A DNA stretch of 64,000 nt from Thermodesulfobacteriota bacterium (GTDB lineage Bacteria > Desulfobacterota_D > UBA1144 > Nemesobacterales > Nemesobacteraceae). Under the pieces are notes generated by a model. It was not told the DNA's origin. It worked only from the letters and a program-made list of their open reading frames with translations, and searched no databases. The stretch covers positions 934,762 through 998,761 of the forward strand of contig OZ242379.1 of the NCBI GenBank assembly GCA_965209225.1, given 5' to 3'. Every line of letters begins with the position of its first letter. Positions within the stretch are counted from its first letter, which is position 1. Shown piece by piece: positions 10,221-19,560 of this stretch. The translations under genes were made by a program, and so were the position numbers.

Positions 10221-11237
10221 TTGCGGATGAGAACGGATCAATTCGACTACGATCTTCCAAGCCGGCTGATCGCCCAGTATCCGCTTGCTGATCGCAGTTC
10301 CTCAAAACTCCTTGTGGTTGACAGGAAAACCCAGGGGTTCTCCCACGCCAGATTCTCTGATCTGAGGGATCTGCTCCGCCCGGGCGACCTCATGGTTCTT
10401 AACAACACCCGGGTTATTCCCGCGAGGCTTTCGGGACACGTGGAACGAAGGGGAGTCATCGAGTTTCTCCTTACGGAGAAAAAGGATGAGACCCGGTGGA
10501 GCGTGCTTTTCAGGAATCCGGCCGAGGGTCTCAGGGTTTTCCTTGACGGAGGGGTCTCAGGTGTCCTTCGGAAGGAACCTGACAAAAGCTGGGCGATAAG
10601 ATTCAGTGAACCCGTCGAGCGGGTAATCAGCAGCGCGGGACGGATGCCGCTTCCGCCCTACATATCAAGAGAACCCGAGCCTTCGGATAAAAAGACCTAT
10701 CAGACCGTTTACGCGACCGAGGAGGGAGCGGTCGCCGCTCCGACGGCCGGGCTTCATTTCGACCCTGAACTTATCTCGGACCTTTGCGAAAAGGGCGTTA
10801 CGATGAAATATGTCACTCTGCATGTGGGAGAGGGAACTTTCAGGCCTGTAAAGGATGAGCTTATCGATAACCACGCAATGCATTCAGAACGCGTTTCTGT
10901 TCCACAGGAGACTGCGACGGCGATAAACGAGGCCAAGGCGGAGGGAAGAAGGATTGTTTCCGTGGGAACCACGGTTACAAGAGCCCTTGAGTCGGCAGGG
11001 GGTACCACAGGGGAGATGCGGCCTTTTTCCGGAAGGACGGATCTTTTTATAAGACCTCCTTACGAATTCAGGTTTGTAGATGTTCTTATAACCAATTTCC
11101 ATATGCCCCGCTCAACTCTTCTTATGCTTGTCTCCGCGTTCTGCGGCACAAGGGAACTTGCCCTTGCCGCTTATGAGGAGGCGAAATCGCACGATTACAG
11201 ATTCCTCAGCTACGGCGACTCGATGATGATAGTGTGA
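10221..11237 (+). CDS. queA: S-adenosylmethionine:tRNA ribosyltransferase-isomerase
   Basis: FDYDLPSRLIAQYP N-terminus and length typical of QueA. Confidence 0.95.
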   Translation: MRMRTDQFDYDLPSRLIAQYPLADRSSSKLLVVDRKTQGFSHARFSDLRDLLRPGDLMVLNNTRVIPARLSGHVERRGVIEFLLTEKKDETRWSVLFRNPAEGLRVFLDGGVSGVLRKEPDKSWAIRFSEPVERVISSAGRMPLPPYISREPEPSDKKTYQTVYATEEGAVAAPTAGLHFDPELISDLCEKGVTMKYVTLHVGEGTFRPVKDELIDNHAMHSERVSVPQETATAINEAKAEGRRIVSVGTTVTRALESAGGTTGEMRPFSGRTDLFIRPPYEFRFVDVLITNFHMPRSTLLMLVSAFCGTRELALAAYEEAKSHDYRFLSYGDSMMIV

Positions 11238-11308
11238 GGTCTTTAGCCGGGTGCGCTTTTTCCATGGAAACGCAGAGAGAGCGCGTCGGGAATCTCGTCA
11301 TGCTCAGA

Positions 11309-11635
11309 TCATCCCGGGCAGTAATAATCAGGTTGATTTTTCATTAATACTATATACAGGTTAGGGAGTATATGTTCGCAAAAATGGAGAAAGGATGAAA
11401 ACGGTAGCGACCGACCCACATGACTGGACCGCCGTTTGATGATTGTCTTGAACAGGTCCCACGCTCCCTCTATGCTGTTAATGTGAACATCATATACAAC
11501 CCACTGTTCTTCGGAATGGGTTGACAGTTTTATGGCGGGCATCTTGGTCTGCAATGCCAATATATAGGATTGAAGCTCATCCATGTAGATAGCCTCGGTT
11601 TTATCCTTTACGGCTCTTTTGATGAAGTCATGCAA
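11309..11635 (-). CDS. hypothetical protein at left edge of AT-rich defense islet
   Basis: 108-aa ORF, no motif recognised. Confidence 0.3.
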   Translation of the reverse strand: MHDFIKRAVKDKTEAIYMDELQSYILALQTKMPAIKLSTHSEEQWVVYDVHINSIEGAWDLFKTIIKRRSSHVGRSLPFSSFLHFCEHILPNLYIVLMKNQPDYYCPG

Positions 11636-11764
11636 AGTCTTTTCTTGACGTTCGGAATCTTGATACGGACTTTCCCTCGTTTGGTAGCACCCGCAAACCG
11701 AGCCTTATTGTCCTTATAAGCACAGTTCTTGCCCTATATAATGAAACTTTTTATTCTTAGCGAT

Positions 11765-12232
11765 TTACGATTTGTCTGATGATAGCGCTAACGTTATTTC
11801 TTTTAATACCTGTTTACGATTTTTCTTGATTTCATGTTCCCAAAACCGGAGAACTGTCCATCCGTTTCGTTTTAGATAAGCTGTGTTTCTTCTGTCTCGC
11901 TTGCGGTTGTTTTCTATTTTTTCCCTCCAGAAGTCATTTTTCAGCAAATGCTTCCATTTGGGATAATACCAACCATGCCAAAAATCGCTGTCTAAAAATA
12001 CGCAAACTTTATACTTTTGGAAAACTATGTCTGGTCTACCTCTAATTGAAATGACATTTGTCTGGAATTTCTTTCTCGTGATTTTTTTTAGTGCGTGCAC
12101 AATTTCTTGTTCAAATTTCGTTTCTTTTGAGCGAATCTTTGCCATTAATTCTGAGCGCTTTTCCGTTGAAAGCGAGTCATTGCTTCGTTCTTTTTTGAAG
12201 TTGCGATTCAAATAATTTTTTGTTCTTTTCAT
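11765..12232 (-). CDS. vsr: very short patch repair endonuclease
   Basis: RSELMAKIRSKETKFE, RGRPDIVF, VFLDSDFWHG and WEHE motifs of Vsr. Confidence 0.9.
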   Translation of the reverse strand: MKRTKNYLNRNFKKERSNDSLSTEKRSELMAKIRSKETKFEQEIVHALKKITRKKFQTNVISIRGRPDIVFQKYKVCVFLDSDFWHGWYYPKWKHLLKNDFWREKIENNRKRDRRNTAYLKRNGWTVLRFWEHEIKKNRKQVLKEITLALSSDKS

Positions 12233-13260
12233 GAAGTTCCAGAATCAAAGATATCCGAAGCTTTAACACCGTGTTTTGAGAAATTAAAATTCTCATCTAA
12301 CAACTTCTTCCACTGGTTTAGACGATTTTTTTTGGCGTTTTGTCGCCAATAATGATTTAGTTTTTCTTTGTCCATTGTTTTTATCTCACATCTGATCATA
12401 TTAGCTTTGGAGTGGAGATTATAGGCGATTCGCGGAACCAAGACGGATTTTTCTTTGATTGTTAGTTTTTTTCTTCCTCCTGCAGTGAACAAGTCTCTCA
12501 GGTTGGAAGCTATGACTCCATGCTCAGTCATGAGATAAGCGGAGACTCGTTGGAATTTCATCAAGCTCTCGCCAAAAATTTCTGGGAAAAGAATCATTAT
12601 CTCCGCTTTAATTTTTTCTTGTTTCTCCCTACGTAATCCTCTGTAAGGTTTAATTATGAAGTCAGAAGATTTGTCATCATTTTTGTCGATCCACCATAAT
12701 TCTTCTCCATCTTTTAGTATGCTTCTGTAGTAATCTTTTATTTTTCCTATTTTCTCATCGTCTTTTCGCAGTTTGTCGTAATCAACACCGATTTTGTCGA
12801 AAATAGATTCCCCTCTGGGTAAATTCATGTCTATACGGTAACGGGGCGAGTGAGTGACGCTCACGCCGGGTAGACATTCTTGGTATGGTCGATATCGAAC
12901 ATCCGGTGCGCCGCCAAGTTTCCCAAACATTATGTAAATTCGCTCAACATCCTCTCTGGATGATTCGAGGACACTGTTGCCGGTGGAAATCCAATGATCC
13001 TTTGAAGTCATTTTTACCTCGACGCCAAAGTATTTTTTAGCAACTATATCAGGGAAGGAGCGGGAATCTGTTTGTTGAATCTCTCCTTCGAAGCCGATTT
13101 CTTTGGCTTCTTTGCGCATTTTTTCATATACGAAGTTCTCAAAATCAATTGGTGAAATATTTTCCTCTTCAGGTAGAAAGTCGATCAGTAGTCTTCGAGT
13201 TTCTTCGAGAAGAGTTATAAATTCTTCTTCATCAAGGTCTGGGTTATTCACATAGATCAT
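12229..13260 (-). CDS. putative type II restriction endonuclease (PD-(D/E)xK), located between dcm and vsr
   Basis: FPDIVAKKYFGVEVK fits PD-x9-ExK. Its start ATG overlaps the dcm stop (ATGA coupling) when started at the internal Met (ORF track 12229-13311). Synteny M-R-V. Confidence 0.5.
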   Translation of the reverse strand: MIYVNNPDLDEEEFITLLEETRRLLIDFLPEEENISPIDFENFVYEKMRKEAKEIGFEGEIQQTDSRSFPDIVAKKYFGVEVKMTSKDHWISTGNSVLESSREDVERIYIMFGKLGGAPDVRYRPYQECLPGVSVTHSPRYRIDMNLPRGESIFDKIGVDYDKLRKDDEKIGKIKDYYRSILKDGEELWWIDKNDDKSSDFIIKPYRGLRREKQEKIKAEIMILFPEIFGESLMKFQRVSAYLMTEHGVIASNLRDLFTAGGRKKLTIKEKSVLVPRIAYNLHSKANMIRCEIKTMDKEKLNHYWRQNAKKNRLNQWKKLLDENFNFSKHGVKASDIFDSGTS

Positions 13261-14051
13261 GAATGCAGGTTCACGTTTATAAATTCTTCGATTGATGTTG
13301 CGAGATACCACGCAAGTACGGGAGGAACTGCGTTACCAATTTGCTTGTAGGCTTGCGATGTTGAAGGATAAAAAATAAAATCGTCAGGGAACGACTGTAT
13401 TCTTGCAGCTTCTCTGGCGGATAATCGCCGTTTGCCATTCCAGTGGAATTCAATGTTCCCGTGATGTTCTGTTCTCATAGTGGGACCAGGCTTATCAGGA
13501 TCTAAAATGTTATTCCCCTGTCCTTTGTTTTTTTTCGCTTTGGACCAATAATGATTAGGTAATTCTCCCTCCCTAACGGTTTCTAAATCACCAATAGCTT
13601 CCCTTAAGGTAATCCATTTGTTTTTATTTGGGGGTTTCGGGTATTCAAATGGAGGCAATTTGCTTCTCTTGGTGCCGATTATAAAAATTCGTTTTCTAGT
13701 CTGTGGGACGCCATAATCCGCTGCGATAAGTAGTTTGTAAACAACGTGATAACCTAAGTCTTCAAAATTATTGATTATGGTTTTTATCGCTTCACCGCGG
13801 TCTATAGTGAGAAGCCCTTGCACATTTTCTGCTACGAACACCAGAGGATTAGTCAACTGGACAACTTTGGCCATGCTTCTGTACAATGCACCCCGCTCGC
13901 TTTTTAAGCCTTTTCGTCTTCCAGCATGGCTAAAGTCTTGGCAGGGAAATCCCCCTAGAACAATATCTGTATTTATCTGGTGGTGATTATTGAAGGGAAA
14001 CAGACTTGGGTCTTTGCTGTTGCATATCTCCGTGATATCAGCATTTACCAA
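13257..14051 (-). CDS. dcm: DNA (cytosine-5)-methyltransferase, C-terminal part (motifs IV-X), lacks motif I because of an inversion
   Basis: GGFPCQDFSHAG (IV), ENV (VI), QTRKRIFIIG (VIII), REAARIQSFPDDF (IX), GNAVPPVLA (X); begins with TTG right at the inversion junction, stop codon immediately upstream. Confidence 0.85.
   Translation of the reverse strand: MVNADITEICNSKDPSLFPFNNHHQINTDIVLGGFPCQDFSHAGRRKGLKSERGALYRSMAKVVQLTNPLVFVAENVQGLLTIDRGEAIKTIINNFEDLGYHVVYKLLIAADYGVPQTRKRIFIIGTKRSKLPPFEYPKPPNKNKWITLREAIGDLETVREGELPNHYWSKAKKNKGQGNNILDPDKPGPTMRTEHHGNIEFHWNGKRRLSAREAARIQSFPDDFIFYPSTSQAYKQIGNAVPPVLAWYLATSIEEFINVNLHS
14036..14048. repeat. left 13-bp inverted repeat (tatcagcatttac) at inversion junction
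   Basis: Perfect reverse complement of 14298-14310. Confidence 0.85.
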
Positions 14052-14081
14052 GTATCAACAACCAAGTAAACTTACAATCAG

Positions 14082-14342
14082 TTGAAGAAAAGTACTTCTT
14101 TTGATGACACGGTTATGGAAGATAGGTTTTCTGTAGTTTCCCTTTTCACTGGTTGTGGAGGTCTTGATTTGGGGTTTGTGGGTGGTTTTACCTTTCTCGG
14201 ACAAAAATACGAAAAAAGAAGATTCAAGATCATCTGGGCCAATGACATAGACAAGTCTTCGTGTAAAACTTTTAGAAGCTATTTCAGTCACAACATAGTA
14301 AATGCTGATACTGCAAGTTTTAAATGTCCTGATCTTTCCTAA
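14082..14342 (+). CDS. dcm: N-terminal fragment of the same C5-methyltransferase (motifs I-II) encoded on the opposite strand
   Basis: SLFTGCGGLDLGF (motif I) and IIWANDIDKSSCKTF (motif II); ends ...HNIVNAD then diverges, whereas the minus-strand part starts VNADITEI. Confidence 0.8.
   Translation: MKKSTSFDDTVMEDRFSVVSLFTGCGGLDLGFVGGFTFLGQKYEKRRFKIIWANDIDKSSCKTFRSYFSHNIVNADTASFKCPDLS
14298..14310. repeat. right 13-bp inverted repeat (gtaaatgctgata) at inversion junction
   Basis: Perfect reverse complement of 14036-14048; the 249-bp segment 14049-14297 between them is inverted relative to the rest of dcm. Confidence 0.85.
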
Positions 14343-14427
14343 GGCTGCGAACAATAGAGTCTGACACCTCACGGCTTTAAACAGAACGGTTTAAGCGGAG
14401 GAAAATGGACACGGGAGCACAGAACGC

Positions 14428-15303
14428 ATGGAAAGCGAACAGATCCCCAGTTACGACGACTTGCTCTGGCCGACTCTAAAAGCACTGGAAGCAAGAGGTG
14501 GTTCTGCTTCCATTCAGGAGATTTCGGAACAGATAGCTTTTGATCTGGATTTGTCCGAATCAATTCTGAGCATTCCACACAAGCAGGGTTATCGTTCAGA
14601 GGTTGATTACCGTGCTGCGTGGGCACGTACTATGCTGAAGCGTATAGGTGCGGTTAAGAACTCTTTGCGAGGAATCTGGGCGATCACGGAAGCAGGACGA
14701 GATATCTCTACGGAAGAAGAAGTACGGAAGCGGGTTAGCAAATGGAGGCGTCAAGATACCGTCGCACGCCGTAAAGTGGGTAAGACCAAACACGGAGAAG
14801 GTGATTCTTCAACAAGTTCTTACGCTCAGACTAATGAAGATGAACAGGACTGGGTAGATGAGCTTCTTGAAAATATTCGCAGTATTAAGCCCGAGGCATT
14901 TGAACGTCTTTGTCAGCGCATTTTGCGGGAAGCGGGATTCATCAAAGTAGAAGTAACAGGCCGTTCCGGTGATGGAGGGATTGATGGTGCCGGGATACTC
15001 AGGGTCAACCTTCTTTCGTTCCATATCAGATTTCAGTGCAAGAGGTATTCTGGTTCGGTCAGCGCAAGTGAAATCCGCAATTTCAGGGGGGCTCTGGTCG
15101 GTCGTGCGGACAAAGGCCTTTTTATTACCACGGGAAGATTCACCAAGGATGCAGAACGAGAAGCTGTCAGATATGGGGCCCCTGCTATTGACTTGATCAA
15201 CGGTGTTGATTTTTGTTATTTGCTGAAGAAATTCGGTCTGGGAGTAAGGAGTGAACCTGCTGAGATCGTCAAACCTCAGCCAGAATTTTTCGAGAATTTC
15301 TGA
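14428..15303 (+). CDS. Mrr-like restriction endonuclease (Mrr_N winged helix + Mrr_cat), putative Type IV modification-dependent enzyme
   Basis: N-terminal YDDLLWPTLKAL (Mrr_N) and GRSGDGGIDGAGI...FQCKRY...GLFITTGRFT catalytic-core pattern. Confidence 0.8.
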   Translation: MESEQIPSYDDLLWPTLKALEARGGSASIQEISEQIAFDLDLSESILSIPHKQGYRSEVDYRAAWARTMLKRIGAVKNSLRGIWAITEAGRDISTEEEVRKRVSKWRRQDTVARRKVGKTKHGEGDSSTSSYAQTNEDEQDWVDELLENIRSIKPEAFERLCQRILREAGFIKVEVTGRSGDGGIDGAGILRVNLLSFHIRFQCKRYSGSVSASEIRNFRGALVGRADKGLFITTGRFTKDAEREAVRYGAPAIDLINGVDFCYLLKKFGLGVRSEPAEIVKPQPEFFENF

Positions 15304-15470
15304 TGGGCAATCCAAGTGTAGTTGCCTTAGCTCGAGTTCGTCAAATGATAAAAGGTTTTGAACTCACTGATGGTAAGCACTTTTAGCGGAACACACTTTT
15401 TCGCTTGGCACTACTGTTTTGTGAAGTTTCCTGTTTTCGGGTTTTTACATCAGGACGACTGTACTGACAA

Positions 15471-15498
15471 GTGTTCCAACCATGGTGTTCCAACCATG
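15471..15498. repeat. tandem 14-bp direct repeat (gtgttccaaccatg x2) upstream of recombinase gene
   Basis: Exact adjacent duplication; each copy is mostly palindromic around ccatgg. Confidence 0.6.
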
Positions 15499-15699
15499 TC
15501 CTTGTTAACCTACTGTATCTTGGCACCTATCCTCACCCAACTGTGCATACGCCTACGTATAGAATTTTACCTAAGCTTAAGAAGTCCCATTTTTTAAATA
15601 GCTTTTTTCTTCCGACCAACCTCCAGTATGTCTGTAGTTATAGAAGCCTTGAAAACAAATCGGATTTTCTCCATTAAAATCAAAATTAAGGAGGAAAAA

Positions 15700-16659
15700 A
15701 TGAAAGCAGAAAGAAAGGTTTTCTATAACAAGGTAGTTTCTTCTGCGTTGGCGCAGAACACCCACATAGCGTATGAAAAGGGTTGGCGGTGTTTTGAGGG
15801 TTACTGCTTTTCCCGGAATATAGATCCGTTTTCCATAACGCCGGAACAAACTGCCGATTTCATCATTGACTTGGCAACCAATCCTCGTCCTAAGAGTGGA
15901 AAAACTCTTTCGATTAGAACGGTTACCCTCTATAGGAGTGGAATAAATAAAAAATACGTCGAGGCCGAAAAAAACTCTCCGATGAATCATCCCAAGGTGA
16001 TGGCCGTGTTCAAAGGATTGGCAAGAATCAAAGGGACAGCGCCACGCCGTGTAAATGCGCTGAGAGAACATGAGGTCAAAAGAATGCTAGACCAATGTAC
16101 GGATACGCTTATCGGCAAGCGCAATGCGGCGATTCTGGCCGTCGGATTTGCTGGAGCCCTGAGACGTTCTGAAATCTGTGCGCTCACAACGAACGATGTT
16201 GAGTTCATAGAACCGCAGAACGCAAAGGACCCTTGGAAGATGTTCATTTATATACGAAAATCTAAGACCGACCAGGAAGGCAGGGGGCATAAGATTGCGA
16301 TACCGGAAGGAAGGTACGTAAAACCGATAAAGAGGCTTCAGGACTGGCTGGAAGCATCAGGAATTACGGAAGGTCCTCTTTTTCAGACGATGAAACGGGG
16401 AGGTCATATTAGGGGTTTTCCGATGCACCATTCGGATATTCCGAGACTGGTAAAACATTACGCGGCCCTTATCGGGCTGGATCCGAAACAGGTGTCAGGA
16501 CATTCACTCCGCGCGGGGTTTGTTACAAGCGCGGCCGTTCACCACGCGCGTCTTGACAAGATAATGGAAGTCACAAGACACTCAAACCCATCTACAGTGA
16601 TGAGATATATAAGGGATGTTGGCTATTTCGTGGATCATGCCGGAGAAAAGTTTTTATGA
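15700..16659 (+). CDS. site-specific tyrosine recombinase (phage integrase family)
   Basis: GHSLRAGF (HxxR) and RHSNPSTVMRYIR (catalytic Tyr) boxes; start at ATG 15700 preceded by aaggagg RBS (ORF track starts 15628). Confidence 0.85.
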   Translation: MKAERKVFYNKVVSSALAQNTHIAYEKGWRCFEGYCFSRNIDPFSITPEQTADFIIDLATNPRPKSGKTLSIRTVTLYRSGINKKYVEAEKNSPMNHPKVMAVFKGLARIKGTAPRRVNALREHEVKRMLDQCTDTLIGKRNAAILAVGFAGALRRSEICALTTNDVEFIEPQNAKDPWKMFIYIRKSKTDQEGRGHKIAIPEGRYVKPIKRLQDWLEASGITEGPLFQTMKRGGHIRGFPMHHSDIPRLVKHYAALIGLDPKQVSGHSLRAGFVTSAAVHHARLDKIMEVTRHSNPSTVMRYIRDVGYFVDHAGEKFL

Positions 16660-16832
16660 TACGACTAAACCAAGGATAACCGAGTTAGTCTTTTGACTTG
16701 AGACTTCTATTTGGTGCTTGCGAAAAGAGACCCTGAACAAGCACGTCTGTTTTTGTACATTGTCAAGATGAATTGTTATACTCTTGGGGAAAATCTTTTT
16801 CTTCAATCAATTTCCCCGGAGGAACATAGCAG

Positions 16833-17819
16833 ATGGCGACAGTAGTTACGGGAGCGACCGGATTTATAGGATCGCACATAACCAGAAAGCTGGTTGAGAG
16901 AGGAGACAGGGTCAAGGTTCTTGTCAGAAAGACGAGCAATACTAAGAACATAGATTCTCTCGATGTTGAGAAGGTCTACGGGGATGTTGGAGATCCGGAT
17001 TCCCTTAAGGCCGCTTTCTCCGGATGCGACACACTTTTCCATACGGCTGGGTTCGTGTCGTTTAAGAAATCGGACCACCAGAAAATGCTGGATATAAACG
17101 TGCGCGGTGCCGCGAACGTTCTTTCCGCCGCTATGGATGTGGGCGTATCCAAGGTTGTTTTCACAAGCAGCGTAGCCGCCATCGGGGTTGAACGGGACGG
17201 TTCCCCGGTAACCGAATCTACCCAGTACGATCTTTACTCCGAGGGAATCGGGTACATGAACTGCAAGTACCTCGCGGAAAGAGAGGCAAAAAGCTTCAGT
17301 GAAAAGGGGCTTCCGGTGGTTATAACAAATCCTTCGGTGGTTCTCGGCGCGGGGGACATCTATCTTTCAAGCTCGGGATCGGTTCTGTGGTTCTGCAAGA
17401 AAAGGTTCCCTGGTTACATGGACGGCACTTTTAACGTTGTTGATGTTGAAGACGTTGCGAACGGACATCTGCTTGCCGAGAAGAACGGAAAGCCCGGAGA
17501 GCGCTACATACTCGCAAACGAGAACGTCAATGTGCAAGGTTATTTCGCTCTTCTGGAAGAGATAACCGGCATCTCTGCTCCCAAAATCAAGATTCCCTAC
17601 GTATTCGCTTACACCACCGCGTTTCTCCTTGAGAGGGTTCTGGGACTCGGATTTCCGAATTATTCCACGCTAGACATCGATTCCATAAAGCTTTCAAGGC
17701 ATAACTGGCACGCTGACAATTCAAAGGCCGTAAGCGAACTCGGATTCACTGTGACTCCGATCGAGCAGACTATACGCAAGACCGTTGAGTGGTTCAGGGA
17801 AAACGGCTATCTGAAGTAA
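16833..17819 (+). CDS. NAD-dependent epimerase/dehydratase family protein (extended SDR)
   Basis: VTGATGFIGSHI Rossmann motif and ~330 aa length. Confidence 0.8.
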   Translation: MATVVTGATGFIGSHITRKLVERGDRVKVLVRKTSNTKNIDSLDVEKVYGDVGDPDSLKAAFSGCDTLFHTAGFVSFKKSDHQKMLDINVRGAANVLSAAMDVGVSKVVFTSSVAAIGVERDGSPVTESTQYDLYSEGIGYMNCKYLAEREAKSFSEKGLPVVITNPSVVLGAGDIYLSSSGSVLWFCKKRFPGYMDGTFNVVDVEDVANGHLLAEKNGKPGERYILANENVNVQGYFALLEEITGISAPKIKIPYVFAYTTAFLLERVLGLGFPNYSTLDIDSIKLSRHNWHADNSKAVSELGFTVTPIEQTIRKTVEWFRENGYLK

Positions 17820-17832
17820 GAAAGGGAGTAAA

Positions 17833-18903
17833 GTGGCGGGAAACAGTTTCGGAAGATTTTTCAGAATTACCACCTGGGGGGAATCCCACGGCCCAGCCAT
17901 GGGAGTCGTGGTTGACGGCTGTCCCGCGGGACTCGAGATATCTCCCGAGGACATACAGTACGAACTTGACAGAAGGCGTCCGGGGCAGAGTAGGATCACG
18001 ACCCAGAGAAAGGAAGCCGACGCGATCGAGATACTCTCGGGCGTTTTCGAGGGCAAGACCCTCGGAACCCCCATATCCATGATGGTCAGAAACACAGACG
18101 CCATATCGAAATCCTACGAGGATATAAAGGACATCTACCGCCCCGGCCACGCCGATTTCACCTACGACGAGAAGTACGGGCGCAGGGACCACCGGGGGGG
18201 AGGCCGTTCTTCCGCGCGGGAGACAGTCGGCAGGGTGGCGGCCGCCGCGATAGCGAAGAAAATCCTTAACTCCCACGGAGTGACTACCACCGGATTCGTA
18301 AAACAGGTGGGAGACATAGTTGCCGAGGACATTGATTTTGCCCGGATCGAGGAAAATCCCGTCCGCTGCCCCGACCCGCGGGCTGCGGAGAGAATGATCG
18401 ATCTTATAGAGTCGGTCAGAAAAGAAGGAGATTCCGTCGGAGGAACGGTCGAGGTAGTGTCCCGGGGGCTTCCTTCGGGTCTCGGCGAGCCCGTGTTTAA
18501 CAAGCTTGACGCGGATTTGGCCCGGTCCCTCATGAGCATAGGGGGAATAAGGGGTTTTGAAATGGGGATGGGTTTCGGGGTTGTCGAGAAAAAGGGCTCG
18601 CAGGTAAATGATCTTATGTACAAAAAGGAGGACGGGACCTTGGGTTTCAGGACGAACAACTCGGGCGGTCTTCTGGGCGGAATAACAAGCGGGGCGGATC
18701 TGGTCGTAAGAATCGCCATAAAACCCACTTCTTCCATATCCCAGGTGCAGGATACGGTGGATAAAGAGGGAGAAAAAACCCAGTTGCGGGTAAAGGGAAG
18801 ACACGACCCGTGTCTTTGCCCGAGAGCTGTTCCGATAGCGGAGGCCATGGTCAATCTCGTTCTGGTCGATCACCTGCTGATCTCGAAACTGTCAACGATC
18901 TGA
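17833..18903 (+). CDS. aroC: chorismate synthase
   Basis: GNSFGRFFRITTWGESHGPAMGVVVDGCP N-terminus. Confidence 0.95.
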   Translation: MAGNSFGRFFRITTWGESHGPAMGVVVDGCPAGLEISPEDIQYELDRRRPGQSRITTQRKEADAIEILSGVFEGKTLGTPISMMVRNTDAISKSYEDIKDIYRPGHADFTYDEKYGRRDHRGGGRSSARETVGRVAAAAIAKKILNSHGVTTTGFVKQVGDIVAEDIDFARIEENPVRCPDPRAAERMIDLIESVRKEGDSVGGTVEVVSRGLPSGLGEPVFNKLDADLARSLMSIGGIRGFEMGMGFGVVEKKGSQVNDLMYKKEDGTLGFRTNNSGGLLGGITSGADLVVRIAIKPTSSISQVQDTVDKEGEKTQLRVKGRHDPCLCPRAVPIAEAMVNLVLVDHLLISKLSTI

Positions 18904-18913
18904 TTTTGCAGCC

Positions 18914-19258
18914 ATGTCGGAACTATTCAGAATTTACGTAGGAGAGGAAGAGATATACTCGGGCCACTTGGAGGATATCCCCGATTACTACCGCAGCAAC
19001 CTAGTCGAGGCGATTTCCGAGTGGGGGGACTGTCTCAGCAAAAGCGGGTTCAGGGAACTTCTCTATTCCTCTTTACATTGGTATAACCTGAAGACATATT
19101 ACTGCGGGGACTGCGAGAAGGAATCTGAAGAGGGAGGCGTATGCGGGGATTGCGACGGAGAGTTCTCGGAAGCTTTCGTTCACAAAAGGGATCCGGGCAT
19201 AGACAAGATAATGATGTGCATCGGTCTGATAGACCGCGTGGAGATGGAGGTTCTTTAG
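18914..19258 (+). CDS. hypothetical zinc-ribbon protein
   Basis: CGDCx8CGDC CxxC pair. Confidence 0.4.
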   Translation: MSELFRIYVGEEEIYSGHLEDIPDYYRSNLVEAISEWGDCLSKSGFRELLYSSLHWYNLKTYYCGDCEKESEEGGVCGDCDGEFSEAFVHKRDPGIDKIMMCIGLIDRVEMEVL

Positions 19259-19272
19259 TTCTTCGGGCTACA

Positions 19273-19554
19273 ATGAAATTTCTCGTTAAAGGACATATAT
19301 ATCCAAAAGCCTGGGAGATCGCGAAAAGCGTCAAGAGGCTAAGGGAAGAGCGGAAAAAGGTTAACATAGGAAGCGGAACGGTCGGCTACACGGTGTACGA
19401 GGTCGATCTTCCTGAGCAGACCGTAAAAACGGGAAACTACCTTACTACTCCTCAGGGAATAAGGCTCTACCACAACTCGGGCGACTATTACGGGATCGGC
19501 TATCTGATCTCGGAAATAGACAATGATCCGCTTGTCTCAAAGCACTTCTCCTGA
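19273..19554 (+). CDS. hypothetical protein
   Basis: In-frame Met within ORF 19141-19554; no motif recognised. Confidence 0.35.
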   Translation: MKFLVKGHIYPKAWEIAKSVKRLREERKKVNIGSGTVGYTVYEVDLPEQTVKTGNYLTTPQGIRLYHNSGDYYGIGYLISEIDNDPLVSKHFS

Positions 19555-19560
19555 TTTAAA

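Noticed and set aside
14049-14297. Inversion as assembly artefact
   Set aside because: Not rejected outright, but exact 13-bp inverted repeats precisely at both junctions and in-frame restoration on re-inversion argue for a biological inversion; needs read-level confirmation.
15358-15677. Small ORFs between mrr-like gene and recombinase
   Set aside because: Low-complexity, no RBS, overlap the repeat/leader region; considered non-coding.
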